Source: Lama guanicoe
Taxonomy: Eukaryota
Direction of reading: 5' to 3'
NCBI GenBank assembly: GCA_013239625.1
Contig: MU054212.1
Location: 806,001 to 870,000 of the forward strand
DNA length: 64,000 bases
In this document: positions 14,601-26,530 of the stretch, in pieces
How the letters are laid out: each line of letters begins with the position of its first letter
Position numbering within the stretch: position 1 is the first letter of the stretch
The notes under the pieces: model-generated
The model's input: only the letters and a program-made list of their open reading frames with translations
The model's database searches: none
What the model was told of the DNA's origin: nothing
Made by a program: the position numbers and the translations under genes

Positions 14601-15684
14601 CTGGATGTAGGGAAACCACGAAGAACAGAACTAGGAGCTACTAACAGTGCCTGCCCAGGCCCAAAGGCACGAGGGACAGGTGGTGGCTCCCAGGACGGAG
14701 AGGGTGAGAGCGCTGCTGCCAGCAGGAGCGGGGGCAGGGGAGGCACCGGGCTCCCCAACGTCCCAGTCCTCCCACCCTCTGGTTTCTGCCAACACTGTCA
14801 TTGGCCAAACCCAACTGGAGGCCAGAATGAAGCGAGTCGCCTCGGCCAGGCCATACAGTTCCGACTCTGGGACACAGAGCCAGCTGGAGAAAGTTACAAG
14901 TGGGTCTGGAGGTGTAACTCAAGGTGTCCCGCACCAATGCCCCCAGGGGGCAAAGTGGAGCAATCTTGGGTACCTCACTGGGGCTGGCGGCTGACGTCAC
15001 TTACCAAACTTGTGCAATAAAAGCTGGAAATGGCACACCCTGTTTTCAGGAAAACAGTAAGGATCCTGTGAAAACAGTTTTAATTCCTGAAGTCAAAACA
15101 ACTCTCTCCTCATCTGAGGTCCTCTGAGTCCCGAGAGGTGAAGCCCTGCTGAGTACAGAGAAATCACTGCCTCCAGCTGGGGAGGGAAAGGCTCTCTGAG
15201 TGATGCCTGCCAGTGGGCAGCAGTATCTGTTTTTAGCTCCCCTTCATCCCCGATTAGTGTATTGATGTTTGCAAAGGTGATGAAGGGATAAGAGGCTGGG
15301 TGGAGGCTTCCATCTCTTAGTATAAAAAACCCAACTCCTGCATCCACCTCTGCCCCGAATTATCTGCACCTTTTCACCTTTCACAGTTGGTTTGAATGCT
15401 TTGACTAAACACCCTTTTCTTCTTGGACGCTGCCAGTTCTGATTCCCAGCGAAGTGTCTCTTCCCCTATTGTGGCCACCCTCTTTGATGCGTGTCATGGT
15501 TTCCCCAGTATGTTTTTAAGCTCACCCTGGTACTTTGGCCTTTTTGAAAAGCAGAAAGCAAGCAAACACATGAAAGAGAGGATGAGCCCTGGAAAGGGAA
15601 GGGGTTCCCAAGGGGCGCTCATGCCAGCGGGGTGGAGGGGAGGCGTGCGCCGCGCATGCGTATACCGAACGGCTCGGGCCGTAC

Positions 15685-15795
15685 ACTGTCCCTGCAGTCC
15701 ACGTCCACGCGGCCGCTGTTCAGCAACAGCCGGAGCAAAGTCAGGTTGCCTCTCCTCGCTGCCCAGAACGCCGCGTTGGCCAGCGGAGTTTCCTT
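15685..15795 (-). CDS. ANKRD29: ANKRD29 exon 2 (KETPLANAAFWAARRGNLTLLRLLLNSGRVDVDCRDS), ankyrin repeat
   Basis: 111 nt, acceptor tttgcatctgcAG, donor GTACGG, phase 0/0. Peptide visible in ORF 15619..15807(-). Confidence 0.95.
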
Positions 15796-16413
15796 CTGCA
15801 GATGCAAAATGAAACAGGCTCTTAAAATCGACCACTTCTATGCAGATGTATAACGCCACGCTAGAGGGAGAACTTCCAGATACGCGTTATCATTTGAAAG
15901 AGTGCCCTTCCGGCAACAGGTGATTGAAGCAGGCTTGGTTAGGGGATGCACCCTGTTTTACACCAGACACCTGAGCCACGGGGCCGTGAGGAGGAGCCCT
16001 GTTGTTGATAACACAGTACTATTAATACCCTATTTCCCATCAGTGTCCTCACTTCCCTGCCTCCGTGTCTTTGTTCACAGTTTCCTTTTTGCTTGAAATG
16101 AATTTCCCCCATCCTTCAAGGCCACAGCTCTGCTTAAATGCTATTTCCTCCCTGAAATGTTCCCAAATCTCTCTTCACCTCTAAACAGAGGATAATCGCT
16201 CCCAATTCTCAGTTTACTGGCACCTTTTTGGTGCCCTCATTACTTTGTATCCGATTCCAGCTGCCTGGGGAAATGCCTCACTTTCCCTCCACCTAATTTT
16301 CTTTGTTTCAGCTGAAACGTGCCAGAGGTTTCTCTTGAGAGCAAGGAACTCTGTGCAGAAGACACTGTTATGTGTCCTCCTGTGGGCCCTTCACTCCACT
16401 GCTGGGTCATTTT

Positions 16414-16659
16414 TTAAAAAAAATTTTAAATTGAGGTATAGTTGATTTATAATGTGCTAATTTCAGATGTACAGCAGAGTGATTCTGTTGTGTGTGTCTG
16501 TATATATACATATATAATTTATACATATATAATTTTTTCAGATTATTTTCCCATCATAGGTTATTACAAGATACTGAATATAATTCTCTGTGCTATACAG
16601 TAAATACTTGTTGCTTATCTATTTTATGAGTAGTAGTTTGTATCTGTTAATCCCACGCT
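16414..16659 (-). mobile_element. Short L1 3'-end insertion with 17-bp TSD
   Basis: Poly-T then antisense L1 3'UTR. TSD cactgctgggtcatttt (16397-16413) / cactcctgggtcatttt (16660-16676). Confidence 0.8.
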
Positions 16660-17196
16660 CACTCCTGGGTCATTTTAAAGTTGCTAAGGTAACGTTGGAA
16701 CCACAACTGTACAAGGAATAGACCTGGAAAACAGGTCTTCAAAATCAGAGTGGCAGAGCTGACTGCAGCACAATTTCCTTCTCTAAAACAAATCGATTTG
16801 GATTTGAAGAGAACAGCTCATGGTGGGGGTCGGGGGAGAGGACAGAAACAGACAGCTCCGGTTTCAGCCCCAGCCCTGGGCAACAGACTTGGCCCTGGTG
16901 AGTCTTGGTTTCCTCTTGCTTAGATGGAGATCACATTTCCTGCCTTGAAGTTTATGGTAAGGATTAAATGATGTGGGTTAGTTGGCTAATATTGGTGCCC
17001 AACACATCATACATGCTTACAAATGCTGGTTTCCTTTCTCCTATCCATTTTTCTTCACAAACTTAGAATCGACAGGCAAAATTAAATTCAGAGTACTGGT
17101 ACTAATAAAGAATTTTCTGGTCTCAGGAAATTTTCTAGTATTCAAATTGTTTAACAAAAATTTTGGGGGGGGGTAGGCTTAAAGCACCTATCTGGC

Positions 17197-17693
17197 TGTG
17201 AATGAAAAACGTTGCCTGCCATACCAGCAAAGGATAGTGCAGCTAGCAAGCCATCAGCTGCTACTGCTGCCTCTGGGGAACTGGAGGGAACTCAGGATGG
17301 AAACAAGCAGGCAGCCTGGCCTCTGTAGCCACCCCTAACAGTGCACCTCGAGGGACCTCAGGAAGGGAAAGAACAGAATACTGGCCCTTGATAGCCAGGT
17401 GCATATCAAAGGAATGATTTCAATGAGCCCAGACGCCTGCACCTTTCCATACATAGAAAAACACTAGATTCCTTAATTTGAGATATCTGGTTCTCTTTAA
17501 CAGTAATCTTTTGATGTTCTGACTACACGGTCTTTATTGCAAAAATTCCTATATATCCTGGCTCCTCCCCTGCCTCTTTGGAGCAGTCTCAGAGCCATCT
17601 GAAAGGCTGCCTCCAGGGCTTGCATCCTCAGAAGGTTCCCCATATAAAACAAAACTCTCAACTTATAGGTTGTGCATTTTTTTTCAGTCGACA
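17197..17693 (+). mobile_element. Solo LTR, ERV1-like
   Basis: TG...CA ends with imperfect inverted termini (tgtgaatgaaaa / ttttcagtcgaca), 4-bp flanks tggc/tgac and a TATA-like cctatatat near 17548. Confidence 0.7.
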
Positions 17694-18172
17694 TGACCAC
17701 AGGGCCTTCTGTGCAATGTCTTCTATCTATAAGGTATCACAAACAACACCTGACTCGCCTTCGCCGAGTGAAAAAGCACACACCAACAATTTCAGTCGCT
17801 CCACGGGGTCACACAAACGAAAGCCCAGGGGCAGCAGAGGGGTGGTAGCACCTGCTGGTGTGAGGATTTCATTCCAGAAGCCCTGCAGCACACACACAAC
17901 TCCATGTTCCTGTGCGCTCTTGGACGGGAACGTGGCAGAGCAGGGAGTGATAAGTGGATTACAAACATACTTTGAATACTTTCCTGGCTCAGGAGGGAAA
18001 AAAAAAATCACCTTGAATTCCAGATGAACAATTTGCTTTCCCCAAGGGTGTAAGTTTTACTGTCCCAGGAGGTTCCACACCCAGTGTTGGTGGCTTTTGC
18101 ATCAGGTTGGGTCTGACATTAGTTTTAAGTGGGAGAAGCAACAGCAAGGCTGGTTTGACTTGTATAATAAAT

Positions 18173-18227
18173 CAGGACCTCGTGCACACTCAGCATGTGC
18201 CCTACCACTGAGCTATACCCTTCCCCC
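18173..18227 (-). mobile_element. Truncated head of a Vic-1-like SINE
   Basis: caggacctcgtgcacactcagcatgtgccctaccactgagctatacccttccccc is the reverse complement of the SINE 5' half only. Confidence 0.7.
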
Positions 18228-18769
18228 CAGAACAATGCCCTTTTAATAGAGAGATTGCACAAGGCCAAAATAAAGTCTGGGAGGGTGAATCAGGAAGATA
18301 ATTTAATATGCCCCATGGAATAGCTCTGCTGGCTTTTCCTGAAACATGAAAACTTGAGAGTAATAAATTGTAAATCACTTTCAGTGATTTTGTTATTTCA
18401 CATTAACCCCAAATACCTTTCAAAAACCATCTGCAAACCACAAATTACTATTGTCATAACAAGCTCTCCAACCAGGAGCCTCTCCTGCCTTTAGGATGGC
18501 CTCTGGGATTCCTCTCTTGCACGGACCAGGCATCCTGGCTTCCTGTAAGGTTCTAGAAACTGAGCTCTGGGGAAAAGGTGTGAATATTTCATTTTCCCTC
18601 AAGGGCTTGATTTACTGGGAGGTGGAGGCATGACTGAGTAGTCAATCTAGGGTAAGAGACTGCTGAGTTCAAGTCCTTGCCTTGCTACTTCCCAGTTCTG
18701 TGACCTTGGGCAGGTTATTTAACTTCTCTCTGCTGCAGTGAGGTGGAGATAATAATATTAATGGTAGTA

Positions 18770-19084
18770 CAGTCATCCCTCAGTATCCTCAGGGGATTTG
18801 TTCTAGGACCCCCGCAGATACCAACATCTGTGGATGCTCAAGTCCCTTATGTGAAACGAGGCAGCGTTTGCATATAACCTATGCACATCCTCCCATATAC
18901 TTTAAATCATCTCTAGTTTACTTATAATACCTATTATAATGTATATGCTATGTAAACAGTTGCCAGTGTGCAGCAAATGCAAGTTTTGCTTTATTGGAAC
19001 TTTCTGGAATTTTTTTCAAATATTTTTGATTTGTGGTTGGCTGAATCTGCAGATGCAGAAATTGTGGACATGGAGGGCAGACTG
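18770..19084 (+). mobile_element. MER2-like Tigger element nested in a MIR (MIR halves at about 18640-18767 and 19085-19150)
   Basis: TA|cagtcatccctcagtatcc...gatgctcaagtcccttat...ggagggcagactg, flanked by the two halves of a MIR core. Confidence 0.8.
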
Positions 19085-20554
19085 CACCTCTGACGTGGGT
19101 TGCTAGAGGATAAATGAGATAATATACATACATGCACTTTGACGGTAAACACTCGGAGACGCTAGCTCTAAATGCAAGGTCCTCACAGCCCTTTAAAAAC
19201 CCTGTCCAGGAGAATTCATTTGCTTGGTCACTGGCCCGTGCTAGGGACAGTGGCACTGGCCAGGGGCTAGGACTAGAGGTACCAGCCAACCTTGATCTCT
19301 GCGCCAATGGCTTTATGGGCCAGCAGGAAATGAGCATCCCAGGCAGGAAGGACAAGGAAGCTCGCCGAGCATTCTGGGGACCGTCACTAGCTCGGAAGGG
19401 CTGGAGTGAAGGATGTGAGGCGAGAGAGGACAGGAGGTGCTGCAGGACCTGCTGTGCCACGCGATGGAGTCTGGACCTTATCCTGGTGGGTGCTGGAGAG
19501 TCAAGGAGAGGTTTTAAGGTGGGGAGAGACTACCAGTGCCGCACTGTAGAAAGGTCCCCGGGGCAGCCGCAGGGAGGAGACTGAGGACTGGAGCCAGACT
19601 GTCTGCAAGGGTTCAGAGACTACCACATAGATGGGGAAGGGACGATGAGGGCCCGAGCTGAGGCCACAATCAGATGGCACTTTGAGACAGATGGGAGAAA
19701 ATTTAAACAGCCAAACAGGACAGTCTTGGCCTGTGGCTGTATGTGCAAGAGTGGAGGGACAGGGGCCTGGTGGACAGGGGCCTTGGTGCCGCTGTGTGAA
19801 GGACAGATCATGGCGCAAAATGATGAGTACAGCTTTGAACATGCCGAGTTTCAAGTGCCTCTGAGGCGCCCAGGTGGAAATGTAGGCATTTCCATTGCAA
19901 AGCAATGGGTGAGTTCTTCTATCTCACCACGGATGCCACATTTACTGGAGGGCAGGGCTCTTGATCTGAGAGTTACCAAGTGCTTATTCTGTGCCCCTGG
20001 GACATCCTCTGCATATACTAGCTCGTTTCATCCTCATCACCACTCGGTGAAGTGGGTACCATCACTGTCCCATCACACAGATGACGTGAGTGAGAAGCAA
20101 CAAGGCACACTTCAGCCCCAGGCAGTCTGGTGCTTGAGGCTGGGCTTTCGGCCATCCCACTGTCCTGCCTCCTGCGGAATTCTCCTCCCGAGACAGCAAG
20201 GAGTGAGGAGTGTGGACCCCAAAGGCCTCCTTCCCACCCTCATTCCAAGCACCTCTTCTGCCAAAATGGAAAGTCCCCCGACCTTCCTTCTCTTTGGGGT
20301 CTACAGACCATATTGCCTGGATAACTTCCAAACCTCCTCTGGGTACAAAATGCATATAATCATAAATGCTGTTTATAAAGGGAAGCCCTTTAGACTTTAA
20401 AGGAGCTAATCAATGCACATGACAATGTTTCACATAAATCATAAGGCACTCCACCCATCGTGCGATGACTGTTTAACCCCTTTCTTGGTTTTTCAGGTCT
20501 CTGCAATCAGGCTGTTGGTGGCTGAGCCCTCTCACTGCTCTAAGGCTTTTAATT

Positions 20555-20720
20555 CCCAGAATGACCCCACAAGGTAGCTGTTTCTATTCCCATTTTTAAG
20601 ATGAGAAAACTGAGGTACAGAAAAGAATTGCTCAGGGTCATCCAGCTAGGAAGTAACTGAGCCAGGATTCAAACCTGTCTGTTTGGGTCCAGAGCCTGAG
20701 ATCTATACATCATACTCTGT
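20555..20720 (-). mobile_element. MIR SINE
   Basis: cccatttttaagatgagaaaactgagg...tgctcagggtcatccagctagg...gccaggattcaaacc MIR core. Confidence 0.7.
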
Positions 20721-23221
20721 GAGAAGACTTGAGTATAAATGTTCACATATACCATCTTCTCTTCTCTTTCCCCCTATTTACTGCCAGAATTTTGGCTCCC
20801 ACACTGATCATTAGCACACTACCAGAAATTAAGTACAGGAAGGAAGGGGACAGAAACACAGAAGGGAAGTTGTTACTTGTACAGGACTGGAATTCTGATT
20901 AAAAGCTAAGAGCGGGTAGAGATCTAAACGACTGGTTTAAAAAAGGGTGGAGAATAATGTGGATTTCAACTGTGCGTTGTTAATTCCATCAGGAGAACAT
21001 TAGCTTCATTCAGTGATGAATGTCTTCGATGTTAGAAGCCACACTCAGTGAGGGAATAATGAAGGGCTGAGAGGCCACGTGCAGAAGGATGTTTCTGAGA
21101 TGTCACTGGCTTTCCCAGCCCATTTTCCCTCTTTGTGCAAAATAGTTGAAATGCAGAGAACTGTTTAACAAATATTAACTAAGCATTAATGTTTATGTAT
21201 TAAACATTAATTCCTGTGCCATAGTATCATTACGCTTCTATAAGGGATAGGAAAACAGAAGAGAAAAAGTGATTTATTTGCCCAAGTATCTTGCCTTAGA
21301 AGTAGGCTGTGTAACACTCACATTTCCAAACCAGAGCTCAAGGCCATGTTCAAAGTCTGTTTAACACATGTATGTTCAGAATAGGCCAATCTACACAGAT
21401 AGAAAGTGGATTAGCAGTTATCGGAGGAATACAGAGTATTCCTGTAGGTATGTGGTTTCTTTTTGGCACGATTAAAATATTATAAAATTGTGCTGATGGT
21501 TGCACAACTCTGTGAATATGCTATAAACCACTGAAACGAACACTTTAAATGGGTAATTATGTGATCTGTATTTTAATCAAGCTGTTCAAATGCATGGCTT
21601 TGTTAATTTATTTTTCTGTGGTTCATCCAAATAATTCAGCTGATTGGTGAACTGGAATTAATTTTAAGATAATTTACAGATTTTCAGAACAAGGATGGAA
21701 CATACAAGTTCCTGTACTCCTGGCCAAGGCATGAGCAATTTCCATCACCAGGATAAAACCTGGTATTGAACTACTTTATCCTCGTGGGTAAGACACTCAA
21801 GAAAGACCCAAGTATTACTCTTTATCCAGTGATGTTTCCTCTATGTGGTGACCTCCCTCATTGGGTTAGGGTCTAACTCCCAAATTGTGCTAGACTTTTG
21901 GCAACCTCAGCCCTGAAGAATTAAGTCCTAAGTAGTTGAGACAGCTGTTATAATGACAAAAGTCACTGCACTGAATCCAGGAACTTTATTCCACAGAAAG
22001 ACTCAGACCCACACTCTGAGTTTGCTTTCACTTTAAATACAATTCCAACAAACATGTATCTCTTTTGCCAACAGGAACAAACTGGGAGTTGCCAATGGCA
22101 AAAAAGGAAGTTCACTGGAGGCAAAGCGACACGAGCAAGAGGGGACTGCAGACAGCATAACAGGGAAAGGATAAAAAGGGTGTCCATGTGATTCAGAAGC
22201 AAATAGCCCTACATGTGGTGACTCTGAGTCATGGAGAATCCGCCAAACTGTGATTTATAATGCTCTGTTTATCCTCCCACAGACTCAGCCAACAATGCTG
22301 GGGCTTTTAAATGCAGGCCTGGAGACCCAGGGCCTAGGGCCTACGAGCCCTTCAACCACCTATGAAAATGGAACAGTTCACCCGTGGCTCCAAGGTCAAA
22401 GTGAATGGATAATTCACTCAACATCTACAAAATATAACATGTTGTCAACTTTATTAATTGCTAAAATTGGGATTCTTAAAATACCAATGACATAAAAATA
22501 ATCTGTAGGTCTGCACTTACACAAGAATAGCTGACATGCGGAAAAATCATGGAAATGTAAATTATATGTTATTCACGGCTAAATAATTTTTAAAGCAATA
22601 TTATAAAAATCTTTCCAAAAATATACAGTAAAAGTTGCTTTTATTATCGTGGGCTGTGGGCACATTTTAATACCTGATGTGATGTTAGCTGGGACTAGGG
22701 CAGGGTTAGTCAGCCGGCCCGTGACCCTGGTCCCCTCCACCTCAAGCCTTCCCTCTGTGTCTTCTGAAACTTCTCCATTTGCTGGAAAATCAACCCGTCT
22801 TCACCCTTAATCTAGCACGGAGCTCCCTCTGTCTCCCTGCTGTAAGCACCCTAGCACCCCTCGCTGCTGGAGGCTGGGCCTGCTCCCACAGCAGCCCTAG
22901 GGTGGGGGTCGGGGTTGGGACCACTCACTTGGCATACAGGTGTACAAATCTCTGCTCCTTCAAGACTCAGGCCCCCACCTTTCCTCTGCGTCACCTCACC
23001 ACAGCTGTCACCTCCTGGTCATTCTTCCTTCTGCACTGAAAACGCTGGCACCTTCCTTTCTGCCCACCCCAAATCCTGCCCTCATCCTGGCCTTCACTCC
23101 ACACAAAACATCAATATCTCTGCCCCTCCCAAATCCCAAAGACTTCATCCCCCATCTCAATCATCGCTTCCACTCTCAAGCTTCTCAGCACCCCCTACTG
23201 TCACCTTACAATACTTTTCAA

Positions 23222-24270
23222 ATTGAGATATAATTTACATACTATAAAATTCATCCTTTCTGTGGTTTTTAGTCTATTCTCAAGGTTCTACAACCATCAC
23301 TATTCCAGACCATTTTCATCAACCCAAAGAGAAACCCCGTACCTACTAACAATCACTCCACATCACCCTCTTCTTCCTCCAGCCCCTGGCAACCACTCAT
23401 CTACTTTCTGTCTCTATAGATTTGTCTGTTCCAGGCATTTCACATAAATGGAACCATACAGTAAGTGGCTTTTGTGTCTGGCCTCCTTCACTTAATGTAA
23501 CATTTTCGAGGTTCACCCATGTTGCTGCGTTATGAGTGCTTCATTCCTTTTGCTGGTTGCATGATATTCCATCACATGGATATACATGTTATGGACTGAA
23601 CGTTTGTCCTCCCCACCTCCAAATTCATATGTGGATTTCCTAACCCCAATGTGACTGTATCTTGAGGTGGGGTCTTTGGGAAGTATATAGATTTAGATTA
23701 GGTCATGAGGGTGGAGCCCCCATGATGGGGTCAATGACCTTGTAAGAAAAGAAAGACACCAGAGCTCCTTCTCTCCCCTATCTGTGGATATAGGGGGAAG
23801 GTGACCATTTGAAAGCTAGGAAGAGGACAGCCACCAGACACCAAACCTGCCAGCAGCTTGATCTTGCACTTGACATATAAATTCCTGACATATGTTTTCA
23901 TTTCTCTTGTGTATACACCTAGAAGCAGGACTGCTGGGTCATATGGTAACTCTATGTTTAACTTCTTGAAGAATGACCAACCTGTTCTCTATTATGGCTG
24001 TATTATGTTACATTCCTACCAGTAATGTACGAAGGTTCCAATTCCTCCACATCCTTGCCAATGCTTCTCATTACTGTCTGGTTGACTGTAATCGTCCTAA
24101 TGGGTGTGACGTGGTATCTCACTGCGGTTTTCATTTGCATTTCCCTGATGGCTCATGATGTCGAATATCCTTGCAGCGGCTTATTGGCCATTTGAATATC
24201 GTCTTGGGAGAAACATCTATTCAGATCTTTTGCCCATTTTAAAACTGGGTTGTCTTTTTATTGTTGAAAT
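23222..24270 (-). mobile_element. Old L1 (L1M-type) 3' region interrupted by an MLT1 LTR at about 23587-23872
   Basis: Typical antisense L1 3' sequence (aattgagatataatttacatac...; gctgggtcatatggtaactctatg) on both sides of tgttatggactgaacgtttgtcctcccc. Confidence 0.75.
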
Positions 24271-24289
24271 GTCTATTATCATTTAAAGA

Positions 24290-25430
24290 TGCTCAAGTCT
24301 CTACCATTTTAAAGCAAACAAACCCTTGGCCAAGTCTGGATCCCTGCTGCAGCCACTGTTTCCTGCAGAATTTTTTGAAAGAGTTCTTTCCACCTGTGGT
24401 TTCCACCCACTTTCATTTCAAGCTATTACAATCTGGCTTCGGAACGCAACACTGCATTGAAATCGCTCTCAGCAAAGTCACCAGAGGCTGTTTTGTTACT
24501 AAGTTCAATGGGCACTTTGCATTTCTTAGCTTGTTTGATTTCTCTGTGGTATTTAACTCTGAGTTCTTCACCTTCACCAAAAGGTGAGAGGTTATTGACT
24601 TAATGAAGGCGCTGCTTCTGATTGTTCTCATGCATCTCTGGCTGCTCCTCCATTTTCTCAATGGGCTTCTCTCATTCTGCTCATTCTTAAATTTTGCACT
24701 TCTTTAAGATCATGTCCTCAGTTCTCTTATTTTCTAGCTTTACATGATCTCACTGGGCAGTCGTGTTCATTCCTTTGGGTTCAATTACCGCTTAACAATG
24801 CTCACTCCTGTATCTCTGTCTTCTGCCTAGACTACTGTCCTGGGCTCCCCCCTTTGTATATCTGTCTGACCAACATCTCTACTCGGACTCTCAATCATCC
24901 TTAAACTTTCTTTACATGTCCCACACCAGACATTTTATCTTTATCTCTCTGGCCTTCCTTAACTCAATGAATAACATCAATTACTGAACTCTGAAGATGA
25001 ATACGTTTTAAAGTCACTCTCATTTGTCTGCTTCCTTCTACCCTCAAAACCTGTGCCCTGGTCTGGTACCACTTAACAAGATGATCCCAACAGCCTCCTG
25101 ATTGGCCTCCCAGCTCCATTCTCTTCTCCAGTCTGTAGCCAGAGATCTTTCTCACACGCAAATCTCACCGGGTCGTTCCTCTGCTTACACCAGCTACTGT
25201 AAGAGATGGGATTACATTGGCTTTGGAGCCAGACACACTGGGATTTCAACCTTAACACCATCCACTCACTGGCTGCACGACTGTGGAGAAGTCATTTGAT
25301 TTCTCCGTGTTTTAGTTTTTTTATTTGAAAAAAAGGGGAGGGGTCTTCTTGAGGATTCAGAAGAGGAACAGTGATGCTCTTGGTTCAGAGTCAGGCACAT
25401 TTTAAGTGCTCAATACATTTTAACTATTAT
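24290..25430. mobile_element. L2 fragment followed by a MIR
   Basis: L2-like actgcattgaaatcgctctcagcaaagtcacc; MIR-like ggctttggagccagac...ctgtggagaagtcatttg. Confidence 0.55.
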
Positions 25431-25679
25431 TTTTACTAAAACCTTCAATAGAGGCAAATCAATGAACTTCACTTTCATCCTAAAATGTGGGGGTTAAATG
25501 TAATGACTTTAACGCATTCTTTTCAGACTCCTTTGGACACTGAAGCCCGGTAATCCACTGCAGCTCCACTCTGCGCTGGTCACTCGGCTTCAGTGTCAAA
25601 AAAGTACCCTGGGGAGGAGGCAGCAGTGGTGCGGCTGGCATTCAGGAACCAGGACGCGAACCGGGAATCGGCGCCGCAG

Positions 25680-25708
25680 CCCCTGTCCCTGTCCCTGTCC
25701 CTGTCCCT
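25680..25708. repeat. (CCCTGT)n hexamer repeat
   Basis: cccctgtccctgtccctgtccctgtccct. Confidence 0.9.
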
Positions 25709-26081
25709 CCGAGGCGCGGCTGCAGGGAGCGCGGACCCGGGGCTCTTCCCCGCCCCCGCCCTCGCCCCGACTGTTCCCCGGCGACAGTCCCCGCCGGCCC
25801 TTCGCCCCGCGGCCGGGCTCACCGGACCTGCAGCCACAAGCACCGACAGCCTTTCGGGCAAAGCCCACACCAGCGGACCACGAACCACAGGGGCCGTCCC
25901 AGCCCCGCCGCTTCCTCGCGTCCCTCCGCCCCGCCCCGCGCCGGGCGGCGCCCACCCCGCCCTGAGGGCCAGAGGCGGCGGCTCCGGGCGGACAATGCGA
26001 GCGGGCCCCGCCGCCGCCGCCGCGGCCGCAGGTCCGCAGCCCGGCCGCCCGGCGCGCCCTCCCGGAGCCCGCGGCGCTCAC

Positions 26082-26102
26082 CTTGAACGACATCCTGCAC
26101 AT
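26082..26102 (-). CDS. ANKRD29: ANKRD29 coding exon 1 (MCRMSFK)
   Basis: Minus strand reads ATG TGC AGG ATG TCG TTC AAG|GTGAG inside a CpG island. The peptide matches the recalled ANKRD29 N-terminus; phase-0 donor. Confidence 0.93.
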
Positions 26103-26199
26103 GTCCGCGGCCGCCCCGCCGGGACCCGGCCGCTTCCGGCCCGGACGCCCAGCCCTGCCCTCCCGCCGCCTAACGGCCGCCCTCTGCGTAGCTGCCGCG

Positions 26200-26530
26200 C
26201 GCGCACACACACATCTGCACACACAGGTTCACACACACACACACCGCGGCGCCCTCATAACCTCACAATCCTCACACATCCAGGCTCTGTCTCATGCTGC
26301 AAACTGTACACCCCACACTGTGCACACTCCCCACGTTCAACGCACAACTCTATGCACACTCATACCACTCCATGCACACCCACATTCCTGTTACACACTG
26401 ACTCCAAACTCCACACACGCTGTGCAGTCTCCACATTCCACACACACAGGTTCACACATGATACATACTTCCACACTCACATCCACATATACACACTACA
26501 CACACACACACACACACACACACAGAAGCA
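26200..26530. repeat. CA-rich low-complexity tract ending in a pure (CA)n microsatellite at about 26498-26524
   Basis: Read directly from the sequence. Confidence 0.85.

Larger units (their letters stand above)
25590..26260 (-). promoter_or_regulatory. CpG island / promoter region of ANKRD29
   Basis: Very GC- and CpG-rich, with multiple GC boxes (ccccgccc); spans coding exon 1. Confidence 0.85.

Noticed and set aside
19645..20400. 251-aa ORF
   Set aside because: Runs across L2- and MIR-like remnants, with no recognisable domain or splice support.
21185..21211. Perfect 11-bp inverted repeat attaatgttta/taaacattaat (a similar 10-bp one lies at 48637-48660)
   Set aside because: Short and AT-rich, so plausible by chance in 64 kb.
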